Shown here piece after piece: positions 10,066 to 18,598 of a DNA stretch of 64,000 bases (its first letter is position 1; every line of letters begins with the position of its first letter). The notes beneath the pieces are model-generated. The model was not told the origin of the DNA. It was given only the letters and a program-made list of their open reading frames with translations, and made no database searches. Both the position numbers and the translations under genes were made by a program. Source of the stretch: Candidatus Methylomirabilales bacterium (lineage in GTDB: Bacteria > Methylomirabilota > Methylomirabilia > Methylomirabilales > CSP1-5). Where the stretch lies: contig JBHIAH010000006.1 of the NCBI GenBank assembly GCA_046758505.1, forward strand, positions 1,544 to 65,543, read 5' to 3'.

Positions 10066-10494
10066 ATGCGGTACTGTCGCACGTCACCCGTGCTGTGTGC
10101 CTGGATGCTGGGCATCGGACTCTTCGGTATCATGATCGCCGGGACCGCGTGGGCGGCCCAACAGGTAAAACTCAATGCTACCGAATTTGCCTTTCGTCCC
10201 TCCAGCGCCAGCGTGGAGCCGGGCGAGGTGACCTTTGTCGTCAAAAACAACGGCGAATATGTCCATGGGTTTGCCATCGAGGGCATCCGCAAGAACCTTC
10301 CCCGCATCGAGCCCGGGGAGACCGCGAGGCTCACGGTACCGCTCAGGAAGGGAACCTATACCTTCTACTGTCCGGTGAAAGGACACCGGGGAAAGGGGAT
10401 GGAGGGTGCCCTCGGCGCCGGCGTGACCCCCAAAGCGGTGGAAAAAGCTCCCGTCCCCGCAGCTCCGAAAAAGAAACGTCCGGCCTACTATTAA
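10066..10494 (+). CDS. secreted cupredoxin (type-1 blue copper protein)
   Basis: The track ORF starts at 9913. ATG 10066 follows AAAGGAG (10051-10057) and gives a signal peptide MRYCRTSPVLCAWMLGIGLFGIMIAGTAWA. Cu ligands are YVHGF and YCPVKGHRGKGM (Cys-x4-His-x4-Met). Confidence 0.8.
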   Translation: MRYCRTSPVLCAWMLGIGLFGIMIAGTAWAAQQVKLNATEFAFRPSSASVEPGEVTFVVKNNGEYVHGFAIEGIRKNLPRIEPGETARLTVPLRKGTYTFYCPVKGHRGKGMEGALGAGVTPKAVEKAPVPAAPKKKRPAYY

Positions 10495-10579
10495 GTGTAT
10501 AAGGAGACGGTATCCCGGCCGTCGACTGGAGAGCAGGGACGGCACGGACGCCGGCTTCAACGCCGAAAGGGATGTTGGC

Positions 10580-11839
10580 ATGGCAGGCTCGAAAACCGGC
10601 GGAGGAGCGGAACGCTCCCTCACACGACGGGCGTTCATGCGCCTGCTGGCCGGGGCGGCGCTGGTCCCTCTCGCTCCCGCACCTCGCGCCCGGGCCGCGC
10701 GTCGTCGCCCCCTGAAGGTCGGCGCGTCCCTCAATCTCACCGGCGACTTCAACGACGAGGGGATTCGCCAGGGCCTGGCCTACCGCCTGTGGGCGGAAGA
10801 GGTGAACGCCGGCGGGGGTCTCCTCGGCCGTCCGGTCGAGCTGATCCTCTACGATGATGGCTTCTCGCCCGACCGGGCGGCAGCCCACTATGCCCGCCTG
10901 ATCAGAGAGGACCGGGTCGACCTCCTCCTCGGGCCGTTCGGGAGCATCCCCTCGGCGGGCGCCGTCCCGGTGATCGAAGCCTCCAGGATTCCGTGTGTCA
11001 TGCCCATGGCCGCCAATCCACGCATCTGGACCCCCGGGCGGCATTGGTGCGTCCAGCTCATTCCCCCGGCACCGACCTTCATGAATGGCGTGGTCACACT
11101 TCTCCAGCAGGCGAGAGTCCGCCGGCTCGCCATCATCCATGTCGATGCCCTCATGGCTCTGGATGTCGCCACCGGATTTCGGGACAAGGCGCGCCAGGCC
11201 GGCATCGCGGTGATTTTCTTCGCCCAATACGCCCACGGAGCAGGGGAAATATCCTCGGTCAAGCGGTTATACCGGCAGATCCGGGACCTCCGTCCGGACG
11301 CCGTGGGCCATATCCGCTCCGCCCACGACATGGGGGAGATTCTCCATGCGGCCGGAGAGATGGCGCTTCGCCCCCGACTTTGGGCATGGATGCAGATGGA
11401 TGAGGCGGAGTGGCTGGAGGTAGAGCCGGAAGCATGCGAGGGAATGGTCGGCAGCGCCTTCTGGACGCCGGAAATGCCCTTCCCCGGCTCACAAGCTTTC
11501 GTGCGGAGCTTTCTCGAGCGCTGGCGCCACGGGTACCCCGCGTGGCAGGAGGGGGGACTGCTGGATCACCACGGCCCCGCTGGCTATGCGGCATGTCAGC
11601 TCACGCAGCAAGCGGTGGAGGCGGTCGGGAGGCTCGACGCCGCGGCGATGCGCGACTGGCTCTTTGCGGTGCGGACGGAAACTGTCTTTGGCGGGTATGG
11701 CATCGATCACAGCGGAGCCCAGGTCCGCAAGCGCAGCCCGGTTTTGCAATGGCAGGATGGGAAGCGGGTCGTCGTGTGGCCTTCGGAGTATCGCACGGCG
11801 ACCCTTCGCGTCCCCGCCCCTGTGGGAGGACCCAAGTGA
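10580..11839 (+). CDS. ABC-type substrate-binding protein, LivK/Peripla_BP_6-like, with Tat signal
   Basis: 419 aa. Twin-arginine signal TRRAFMRLLAGAALVPLAP. LNLTGDFNDEG..AYRLWAEEVNAGGGLLGRPVELILYDD is typical of branched-chain amino-acid-type binding proteins. Confidence 0.8.
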   Translation: MAGSKTGGGAERSLTRRAFMRLLAGAALVPLAPAPRARAARRRPLKVGASLNLTGDFNDEGIRQGLAYRLWAEEVNAGGGLLGRPVELILYDDGFSPDRAAAHYARLIREDRVDLLLGPFGSIPSAGAVPVIEASRIPCVMPMAANPRIWTPGRHWCVQLIPPAPTFMNGVVTLLQQARVRRLAIIHVDALMALDVATGFRDKARQAGIAVIFFAQYAHGAGEISSVKRLYRQIRDLRPDAVGHIRSAHDMGEILHAAGEMALRPRLWAWMQMDEAEWLEVEPEACEGMVGSAFWTPEMPFPGSQAFVRSFLERWRHGYPAWQEGGLLDHHGPAGYAACQLTQQAVEAVGRLDAAAMRDWLFAVRTETVFGGYGIDHSGAQVRKRSPVLQWQDGKRVVVWPSEYRTATLRVPAPVGGPK

Positions 11840-11861
11840 CCGCGGAGCTCGGAGGGGGAAA

Positions 11862-13184
11862 ATGACGCACGAGACGTCCCTACACCTCTACCAACGCTAC
11901 GACCGTATCGTCCCCGGGGGGGTCCATTCGAACGCCCGGATGAGAGACCCCCATCCCCTCTACTTTCGCGCTGGGAGCGGGGCTCGGGTCTGGGATGTGG
12001 ACGGCAACGAATACCTGGACTGCATCATCGGTTACGCGTCCTGCATCCTCGGCCACGCGGATCCCGATGTGACCGCCGCGGTCACGGCCGTCATCGAGGC
12101 GGGGCTCAGCAACGGCCTCGAAACCGAACTCAGCCTGCGGGTGGCCGAGCAACTCCACGAGATGATCCCCGGGGCCGAGCAGGTCCGTTTTGCAGGTACC
12201 GGGACCGAGGCAGTCATGAAGAGCCTGATGATCGCCCGCGCCGTGACCGGCAAGGGCAGGATCGCCAAGGCCGAGGGGGGGTATAATGGCTGGTATGACG
12301 ACGTCCTGGTCAGCGTCCGGCCTCCCGTGACCCGGGCGGGGCCGCGCCGGGCGCCGAGGCCGGTGACGGAGGCCGCCGGCTTACGGGACGGGCTCCAGAC
12401 GGTGGTGATCCCCTTCAATGATGCGCGCCGCGCGGTCGATATCATTCTCAAGCAACAGAAGGATCTGGCAGCGGTCATGATCGAGCCGGTGCTCTTCGAG
12501 TGCGGTTGCATCGAGCCCGTGCCCGGTTATCTGGAAACACTCCGCGAGGTGACCGCGCGGCACAACATCCTCCTCATCTTCGACGAGATCGCCACGGGCT
12601 TCCGCTTGGCCCCGGGCGGCGCCCAGGAGCGGTATGGCGTCATGCCCGACCTGGCGGTCTTTGAAAAGGGGATGGCCAACGGATACCCGATCAGCGCGGT
12701 GGTCGGGAGTGCGCGGTACATGCAGGCGACCCATCCGCGATCCGGATCGGTCGCCTATCTCGGGGCCAATAATGCGAACCAGGTTCCGCTGGCCGCAGCA
12801 GCGGCGTGCCTGGCCAAGCTCAAACCCGGCGGGATCCAGGAGCAGCTTCAGGCTGCCGTCGAAACGCTGCGCAGCCACTTTAACGCATCGGTGGCAGAGA
12901 CCGGTGTGGCCGCACGCTTCAACGGGATCGGGGGACTTTTCCAGGTGTACTTCACCCCACAGCCCGTTACCGACTACCGCTCGGCGCAGCGGTCCTCCCG
13001 GGATGCCTACCACATCTTCCACCAGCGGATGTTCGAGGCCGGTATCCTCATGGGGTGGGACTACCTGTCGTCTCACCACGGCGTGAGCGCGGCCCACTCC
13101 GCGCCTGACATCGAGGCGATCGGTCGCGCCATCCGCCAGGCGATGCGGGCCGTGGCCGGACACGCTGCGCCCGGGACCCCCTGA
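11862..13184 (+). CDS. class-III (GSA-aminomutase-like) PLP aminotransferase
   Basis: The track ORF (11586) overlaps the upstream gene. ATG 11862 follows GGAGGGGG and gives MTHETSLHLYQRYDRIVPGGVHSNAR. Also FAGTGTEAVM, LIFDEIATGFR and a Lys in the VFEKGMANGYP region. Confidence 0.85.
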   Translation: MTHETSLHLYQRYDRIVPGGVHSNARMRDPHPLYFRAGSGARVWDVDGNEYLDCIIGYASCILGHADPDVTAAVTAVIEAGLSNGLETELSLRVAEQLHEMIPGAEQVRFAGTGTEAVMKSLMIARAVTGKGRIAKAEGGYNGWYDDVLVSVRPPVTRAGPRRAPRPVTEAAGLRDGLQTVVIPFNDARRAVDIILKQQKDLAAVMIEPVLFECGCIEPVPGYLETLREVTARHNILLIFDEIATGFRLAPGGAQERYGVMPDLAVFEKGMANGYPISAVVGSARYMQATHPRSGSVAYLGANNANQVPLAAAAACLAKLKPGGIQEQLQAAVETLRSHFNASVAETGVAARFNGIGGLFQVYFTPQPVTDYRSAQRSSRDAYHIFHQRMFEAGILMGWDYLSSHHGVSAAHSAPDIEAIGRAIRQAMRAVAGHAAPGTP

Positions 13185-13225
13185 CGAGCGAGCCCGCCAG
13201 CGAAGCGTCTCCCGCCCGAGGAGAG

Positions 13226-14479
13226 ATGACGCACAGCCGGCGCACATTCCTCAGGCAGGCGGCCGGACTTCTGGGCGTCCTGGCGAGTAGCTGCTCCCCC
13301 GGAGCGCTGAGCGGTCGCGGCAGTACCGCCACGCGCGAAATCACGATCGGAGCCACCTTCTCCCGGACGGGCGACTACGCGGCAATCAGCCACGACCTCG
13401 AGCAGGGGTTTCGTCTCTGGGCCGAGGAGGTGAATGTGACCGGCGGCCTCCTGGGCCGACCGGTCAAGCTGGCCCTCGCCGATGACCAAAGCGACGGCGA
13501 TGCCGCTCGCGACGCGTACCGACAGATCCTGCCACAGGCAGATGTGGTCCTCACCCCATACGGGAGCTATCTCACCGGGGCGGTCCTTCCTTTGATCGAA
13601 GCGGCACGGGTCCCGGGTCTCGCGCCTGCCGCGGCCGACCGATCCCTCTGGACGGCGGGGCGGCAGTGGACCGTCCAGATGCTCAACCCCGCCGACAGCT
13701 TCCTCGAGGGTGCCGTGACGCTAGCCAGGGCGCGCGGCGCCCGTCGGGTCGCGACCCTTTACCGCCCCTCTCCTTTTGTCGACATGGTCATGGCCGGCGC
13801 TCGGGCGGCAGCGCGGCGCGCCGGCATGACCGTGACCGCCGTCCGGCGCTACCAGAAGCTTGCCGATATCGAGACCGAGATGCGCGCGATCTCGGCCTCC
13901 GACATCGATCTCCTCCTCGGCGGCGGGTTCGAGCCCGGAGCCGCCGGGGGCGGTTTCCTGCCCGATGCGGTCGCGCTCGCCCGTGCCTTGCGCCGGGCCC
14001 GCATGCAGGTCCCGATGGTGACATGGCTGGTTGGGTCAAGTTTCCCAGGGTTCGGCGAAGCCCTGGGAGCGGAGGTGGAAGGCATGACGGGGAACACGGC
14101 CTGGAAGCCGCTGCTTAAGACGCCCGGCAATCCGGCCTTCATTACCGCCTACCGCCGGCGATGGGGGGCCGCCCCCGACGCGCACGCGGCACAGGGCTAC
14201 GCGGCCGGACAGGTCATTGGCGAGGCGATTCGACGGGCGGGATCTTTATCTCCCACGGCGGTGCGGGATGCACTCTTCCGTCTTGAGATGCGCACCGTGT
14301 TCGGTCGGTTTCAGGTGAGCGCTTCTGGCTTGCAAATCGGCAAGGTGAATGCCATCCTCCAATGGCAGGAGGGAGACCGCCAGGTGGTCTGGCCCCCGTG
14401 GCTCAGGACTGCGCACCTGCGGTATCGGGTCACCGAGGCATCCTTCCGCGGGTCCATCCAATCCAATATCATTCGCTGA
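13226..14479 (+). CDS. second LivK-like substrate-binding protein with Tat/lipoprotein-type signal
   Basis: 417 aa. SRRTFLRQAAGLLGVLASSCS signal. GFRLWAEEVNVTGGLLGRPVKLALADD is paralogous to 10580-11839. Confidence 0.8.
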   Translation: MTHSRRTFLRQAAGLLGVLASSCSPGALSGRGSTATREITIGATFSRTGDYAAISHDLEQGFRLWAEEVNVTGGLLGRPVKLALADDQSDGDAARDAYRQILPQADVVLTPYGSYLTGAVLPLIEAARVPGLAPAAADRSLWTAGRQWTVQMLNPADSFLEGAVTLARARGARRVATLYRPSPFVDMVMAGARAAARRAGMTVTAVRRYQKLADIETEMRAISASDIDLLLGGGFEPGAAGGGFLPDAVALARALRRARMQVPMVTWLVGSSFPGFGEALGAEVEGMTGNTAWKPLLKTPGNPAFITAYRRRWGAAPDAHAAQGYAAGQVIGEAIRRAGSLSPTAVRDALFRLEMRTVFGRFQVSASGLQIGKVNAILQWQEGDRQVVWPPWLRTAHLRYRVTEASFRGSIQSNIIR

Positions 14480-14496
14480 ACCAGGAGGGACCAACT

Positions 14497-15471
14497 GTGA
14501 AGGCGATTCGCGTGCACGAGTATGGGGGGCCGGAGGCCCTCACGCTGGAAGAGCTGCCCATTCCGCACCCGGGGTCGGGCCAAGCGCTCGTAAAGATCGA
14601 GGCCGCCGGCCTCAACTTTATCGATGTGTACCACCGGACCGGCCTCTACCCCGCTCCCCTCCCCCGCCTCATGGGCGTCGAGGGGGCCGGCGTCGTGGAG
14701 GCCGTCGGCCCGGAGGTGACAGAGGTCCGGGTGGGCGACCGTGTGGCCTACGCCTCCACGGCCGCCCCCGGCGCCTATGCGGAATACGCCCTCATCCCCT
14801 CGGCGCGCCTGGTCATCATTCCTCCAGGTGTGGACGCGCGCGCGGCGGCCGCCGCGATGCTCCAGGGCATGACGGCGCACTACCTGACGCGGTCCACGTA
14901 TCCCCTCAAGAAAGGAGAGGCCTGTCTCATCCATGCGGCGGCAGGGGGGGTCGGATTGCTTCTCTGCCAGATGGCCCGGCAGGCAGGGGCACGGGTCTTT
15001 GGAACGGTCTCGACCGAAGAGAAGGCCCGCCTCGCGCGTGAGGCGGGGGCCGAGGTGGCAATCCGCTACACCACGCAGGACTTCGAGGCAGAGGTCACGC
15101 GGCTCACCGACGGCCAGGGCGTGCAGGTCGTCTACGACTCGGTCGCCAAGGATACTTTTGAGAAGAGCCTGAACTGTCTGGCACCCCGCGGCACCCTGGT
15201 CCTCTACGGACAGTCGAGCGGACCCGTCCCTCCCTTCGATGCAAATGCGTTGAGCCAGAAGGGCTCGCTCTTTCTCACGCGCCCCACCCTCGCCCACTAC
15301 ATCCGCACGCGGGAGGAACTGATCGAGCGCGCACACGACGTCCTACACGGAGTGTCCACCGGCACCCTGAAGCTCCGGATCGGTGCGACGTTCCCCCTTG
15401 CAGATGTCGCCGAGGCCCACTGCCAGCTCGAGGGGCGCAAGACGGCCGGCAAAGTCCTGTTGATCCCATGA
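14497..15471 (+). CDS. qor: NADPH:quinone oxidoreductase (zeta-crystallin / MDR family)
   Basis: GTG 14497 is preceded by AGGAGG (14483-14488). VKAIRVHEYGGPEAL..AAGLNFIDVY.R.G.YP and AAAGGVGLLLCQ Rossmann motif. Confidence 0.87.
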   Translation: MKAIRVHEYGGPEALTLEELPIPHPGSGQALVKIEAAGLNFIDVYHRTGLYPAPLPRLMGVEGAGVVEAVGPEVTEVRVGDRVAYASTAAPGAYAEYALIPSARLVIIPPGVDARAAAAAMLQGMTAHYLTRSTYPLKKGEACLIHAAAGGVGLLLCQMARQAGARVFGTVSTEEKARLAREAGAEVAIRYTTQDFEAEVTRLTDGQGVQVVYDSVAKDTFEKSLNCLAPRGTLVLYGQSSGPVPPFDANALSQKGSLFLTRPTLAHYIRTREELIERAHDVLHGVSTGTLKLRIGATFPLADVAEAHCQLEGRKTAGKVLLIP

Positions 15472-15545
15472 TCGATGACCAACGACGGATGACCGGTGAC
15501 CGTGAAGAGCAGCGGTGAGCGAATAAATAGCTGAGAGTTGTGAGC
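15470..15545. repeat. family G short repeat block after qor
   Basis: gatcgatgaccaacgacggatgaccggtgaccgtgaagagcagcggtgagcg..ctgagagttgtgagc. It shares the gaccg/gtgacc units and the gtgaagag..ctgagag tail with 4058-4277. Confidence 0.5.
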
Positions 15546-15610
15546 TTTCTTGGCCGTTCGAGTCTACACATCACAAGGATCCTGGAGGGGTGCGGCAAAG
15601 GAGGAACGCC

Positions 15611-16675
15611 ATGAGGCATCGCATTGCGGTGATCCCGGGCGATGGGATCGGTAAGGAGGTGGTACCTGAAGGCATGCGCGTGCTCGAGGCCGCCGGGCGC
15701 CGATTCGGCTTTGACTTCGAGTGGACGACCTTCGACTGGAGCTGCGAGGTGTATGCGAAGACCGGTCGCATGATGCCCGAGGATGGGCTCGATCAGCTCC
15801 TAAACTTCGAGGCAATCTATCTCGGTGCGGTCGGCTTTCCCGGGGTGCCCGACCATGTCTCGCTGTGGGGACTACTCATCCCGATCCGGCGCGCGTTCCG
15901 CCAGTATATTAACCTCCGTCCGGTGCGGCTGTTGAAGGGCGTGCAGTCCCCCCTCGTCGGGCGCACGCCCCGGGACATCGACCTCGTGATCGTGCGCGAG
16001 AACAACGAGGGCGAGTATTCGGCGATCGGGGGCCGGCTGTATCATGGCACCGCCGAAGAGCTGGTGGTGCAGCAGTCGGTGTTTACGCGCCAGGGCTGCG
16101 ACCGCGTGATGCGCTACGCCTTCGAGCTTGCCATGGGCCGGCCGGCGCGGCATCTCACCTCGGCCACCAAATCGAACGGGATCATCCACAGCATGCCATA
16201 CTGGGATGAGCGGTTCGCCGCCATGGCGAGGAACTATCCAGCGATCACGACCGACCAGTACCACATCGACATCTTGGCCGCCCATTTCGTCCAGCATCCC
16301 GACTGGTTCGACGTGATCGTGGCCAGTAACCTCTTTGGGGATATCCTCTCCGACCTCGGCCCGGCGATCGCCGGCTCGATCGGGACGGCCCCCGGGGCCA
16401 ACATCAACCCGGAGAAGGACTACCCCTCGATGTTCGAGCCGGTGCACGGCTCGGCGCCGGACATCGCCGGGAAAGACCTCGCCAACCCGATCGGACAGAT
16501 CTGGTCGGGCGCTCTGATGCTCGATCACCTCGGACATCCCGAGGCGGCCCGAGCCATCGTAGCCGCGATCGAGAACGTCGTGGCGGAGGGGACGGTGCTT
16601 ACGCGCGACCTGGGGGGGAAGGCCGCGACCGCCGAGGTGGCCGAGGCGATCGCCACCAGGACGGCGGCCGGCTAA
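15611..16675 (+). CDS. tartrate dehydrogenase / D-malate dehydrogenase-like (isocitrate/isopropylmalate dehydrogenase family)
   Basis: Start taken at MRHRIAVIPGDGIGKEV. Also RENNEGEYS, NLFGDILSDL and EPVHGSAPDIAGK; overall closest in pattern to TtuC-type enzymes. Confidence 0.83.
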   Translation: MRHRIAVIPGDGIGKEVVPEGMRVLEAAGRRFGFDFEWTTFDWSCEVYAKTGRMMPEDGLDQLLNFEAIYLGAVGFPGVPDHVSLWGLLIPIRRAFRQYINLRPVRLLKGVQSPLVGRTPRDIDLVIVRENNEGEYSAIGGRLYHGTAEELVVQQSVFTRQGCDRVMRYAFELAMGRPARHLTSATKSNGIIHSMPYWDERFAAMARNYPAITTDQYHIDILAAHFVQHPDWFDVIVASNLFGDILSDLGPAIAGSIGTAPGANINPEKDYPSMFEPVHGSAPDIAGKDLANPIGQIWSGALMLDHLGHPEAARAIVAAIENVVAEGTVLTRDLGGKAATAEVAEAIATRTAAG

Positions 16676-16692
16676 TCGCAACCCCGAAGGCT

Positions 16693-16710
16693 TCGCAACC
16701 TCTATGCCAC
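16693..16710 (-). promoter_or_regulatory. orphan sigma-54-type -24/-12 motif at the left edge of the island, pointing antisense into the preceding gene
   Basis: Minus strand reads gTGGCATagaggTTGCga, matching the TGGCAC-N5-TTGCA spacing exactly. No ORF lies downstream on that strand. A degenerate copy (cGGCACaatgaTTTAC) is at 16776-16793. Confidence 0.35.
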
Positions 16711-16741
16711 AGGGGTGCGGAGAGGGATGGCGGGGTGGCGC

Positions 16742-16772
16742 GGAATGTCAAGATTCAAGACCCGACCCTAAC
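16742..16772 (+). repeat. family C repeat, partial copy (C3)
   Basis: ggaatgtcaagattcaagacccgaccctaac. It shares the aatgtcaAGATnCnAG..GACCCTA core with 21257-21315, 23198-23261 and, inverted, 23623-23650. Confidence 0.6.
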
Positions 16773-16833
16773 CCCCGTAAATCATTGTGCCGGAGGTGGG
16801 GCTAGCCGCCATGCCTCCCCCGGATGCTTTCCG

Positions 16834-17610
16834 TCAGAGCAAGATCCCCAAGATACGAATGACTAACCGTTGGCCCCTGGACCGTTCGCCCCTGGAGTTT
16901 GTCGCGCGTATTTTTTCCTGCGTACAGATCTCACGCGCGTTTGTTGCTGCATCGCCGGTAATCGAGACGCCAAAGTCGATCCCCTTAAGGTCGTCGACGG
17001 TGAAGGGCCGCTCGGGGCGCACTTGCCTGCTGTTGTAATACACGACGTCTTTTTCGGTGTCCACGAACAGATACAGCCACTCGCCCGATGGGAGGTAGGC
17101 CTCTTGCCTCATCGCACCGAACCCCGTGCCGAGAAGTAAGAGGTAGCGCCCATCCGTGGACCACAGCAGGCATTCTGATTCCGGCGGTCCCTCGTCCGGC
17201 GAGCGAAAAACATCTTTGTAATGAGTCGTTTCCCCGCGGTCGTTCGTCGTGAGGCGGACGACGAAGTGACGCTCGGCAAACGCAGGCACCTCCTGGACCT
17301 CAGCCACCACCCGACCATCCGGGGAGGGAGCCGACAGACTCACGTATACCTGGGTCCACGACGCGAGAACAATCGGCAAAAACAGGCTCATCACACTCGC
17401 CAGTGCGGCCAACACGATCTTGAGATACATGCGCGATGTGAAGAAACACCCGAGCAAGACGGCGGCCAGGACAATGATGAATGAAATGAGGCCATTGCCT
17501 CCGAAGTAAGCATTGGCGAACAGGGCCACTATGAGTATTGTGAAAACCCCAAGTTTCAGCGCGACGCGCCCCGATCGCCGATCCCCCGGTGTCTGCTGTG
17601 CGAGTTCCAC
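16834..17610 (-). CDS. hypothetical membrane protein (3 N-terminal TM helices plus a soluble C-terminal domain)
   Basis: 258 aa, GTG start. Hydrophobic helices in residues ~20-95. The C-terminal part contains SPDGR.. and WSTDGRYLLL, reminiscent of single beta-propeller blades. No family recognised. Confidence 0.55.
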   Translation of the reverse strand: MELAQQTPGDRRSGRVALKLGVFTILIVALFANAYFGGNGLISFIIVLAAVLLGCFFTSRMYLKIVLAALASVMSLFLPIVLASWTQVYVSLSAPSPDGRVVAEVQEVPAFAERHFVVRLTTNDRGETTHYKDVFRSPDEGPPESECLLWSTDGRYLLLLGTGFGAMRQEAYLPSGEWLYLFVDTEKDVVYYNSRQVRPERPFTVDDLKGIDFGVSITGDAATNAREICTQEKIRATNSRGERSRGQRLVIRILGILL

Positions 17611-17630
17611 TCCGCAGGTCCCTTCTTTTT

Positions 17631-17677
17631 CTTAAAAAAGCAAAACGCCTTGACGGCTCTCCTTCACCGTAAAGGCG
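17631..17677 (-). terminator. intrinsic-terminator-like hairpin plus U-tract (part of junction module A1)
   Basis: Minus strand reads CGCCUUUACGG-UGAAGGAGAG-CCGUCAAGGCG (11 bp stem, one mismatch) followed by UUUUGCUUUUUU. Confidence 0.55.
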
Positions 17678-17695
17678 CTGCAATCATTGTGCCGG
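17678..17695 (-). promoter_or_regulatory. sigma-54-type -24/-12 promoter motif upstream of 16834-17610
   Basis: Minus strand reads cCGGCACaatgaTTGCAg, with GG-N10-GC spacing identical to the TGGCAC-N5-TTGCA consensus. It lies about 70 nt upstream of the GTG start. Confidence 0.55.
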
Positions 17696-17734
17696 GGGTG
17701 GGCGAAGAGATCGGCGGGCCTTAAATTCAACTCC

Positions 17735-18433
17735 CTACAAGTGCAAATCGCAGTTTTGACAATGATTGAACGGCCTGGGAATCCACTCGAATAATACGTT
17801 ATCCAACTTCCACGGGTCGAGCATGTTGAAGTACTCCCCGCAGCGAGGACATTTGACGGAGCCCGTGAGACCCCCCAAAATCCCCAAGAGGCCGACATAG
17901 CAGAAGGCAAATACCTTACTCGTGGACGTGGACACTTGAGAGACCAGGATGACGGCGGGAAGAAACAAGAAAAATAACACCAGTGTTCCGATGTTCCGCC
18001 GCCGGATCCGCTGCAATACCCGCATCTCCTCGGCATTGGGTGGCTTGGTTTCGTGGATAAAGAACGCATCGGTCTCCCGCCCTTTGTATACCATGGGAAT
18101 TCTTACGGTTAAGAGGTCCTCGAACACACTCTGAAATTGTTCGTAAGACCAGCTGAGGTTTCTCTCCCTGGCCAATTGAGCATAGAGTTTTTCTCTCGGC
18201 ACGGTCAGGTCTTTGATATCCAGCAGATCGTTCGAGGCGATGTATGACGCGATCTCGAGACACTGGGGATCCGGAAGCCTGGTATCCGTGGCTTGCCAGC
18301 GGATATCTTGCGGCTCGTCGTCGTCAGGCCAACTGACATGCACCTCAACGACATCAAAGGTTTCTTTTGTAATTCTTACGGTCGGGCTATCGAACATCGC
18401 CAGAAACCCGCGCAAGAATTCTACTCGACGCAT
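17735..18433 (-). CDS. hypothetical protein: soluble N-domain, 2 TM helices, C-terminal zinc-ribbon (CPRC..CQNC)
   Basis: The track ORF begins at a TTG (18469). ATG 18433 (MRRVEFLRGF) is preferred. TM segments IGTLVLFFLFLPAVILV and FAFCYVGLLGILGGL, followed by CPRCGEYF..HCQNC. Confidence 0.5.
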   Translation of the reverse strand: MRRVEFLRGFLAMFDSPTVRITKETFDVVEVHVSWPDDDEPQDIRWQATDTRLPDPQCLEIASYIASNDLLDIKDLTVPREKLYAQLARERNLSWSYEQFQSVFEDLLTVRIPMVYKGRETDAFFIHETKPPNAEEMRVLQRIRRRNIGTLVLFFLFLPAVILVSQVSTSTSKVFAFCYVGLLGILGGLTGSVKCPRCGEYFNMLDPWKLDNVLFEWIPRPFNHCQNCDLHL

Positions 18434-18477
18434 AGATATAACTTCCCCACGTATCACAGAGCGAATCAAGCGAGCCT

Positions 18478-18519
18478 GAAAAGTAAAACGCCCTCACGGC
18501 CTCCTTCGCCGCAAAGGCG
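18478..18519 (-). terminator. intrinsic-terminator-like hairpin plus U-rich tract (junction module A2)
   Basis: Minus strand reads CGCCUUUGCGG-CGAAGGAGG-CCGUGAGGGCG, where every position pairs if G-U is allowed, followed by UUUUACUUUUC. It is homologous to 17631-17677. Confidence 0.5.
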
Positions 18520-18537
18520 CTGCAACCCTTATGCCAC
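18520..18537 (-). promoter_or_regulatory. sigma-54-type -24/-12 promoter motif upstream of 17735-18433
   Basis: Minus strand reads gTGGCATaagggTTGCAg, with exact consensus spacing. Confidence 0.55.
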
Positions 18538-18598
18538 GACTAGAGCACATCACAGGCCTGGCCCCGCCCCTCTTTGCCCAAGACGCGACCCATCGAAC

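Noticed and set aside
11586-11861. The 92-codon N-terminal extension of the aminotransferase ORF, and similar upstream extensions of purD, the cupredoxin, rbsK, the M48 protease, the LOG protein and others.
   Set aside because: The extensions overlap the preceding gene or lack an RBS. An internal ATG or GTG with a GGAGG-type RBS reproduces the canonical family N-terminus in each case.
17641-18540. CRISPR-like repeat, because of the recurring GTTGCAG..hairpin unit.
   Set aside because: There are only two full copies about 840 bp apart, separated by a protein-coding gene. The unit is about 60 nt with an internal terminator-like hairpin. There is no regular spacing and no cas genes.
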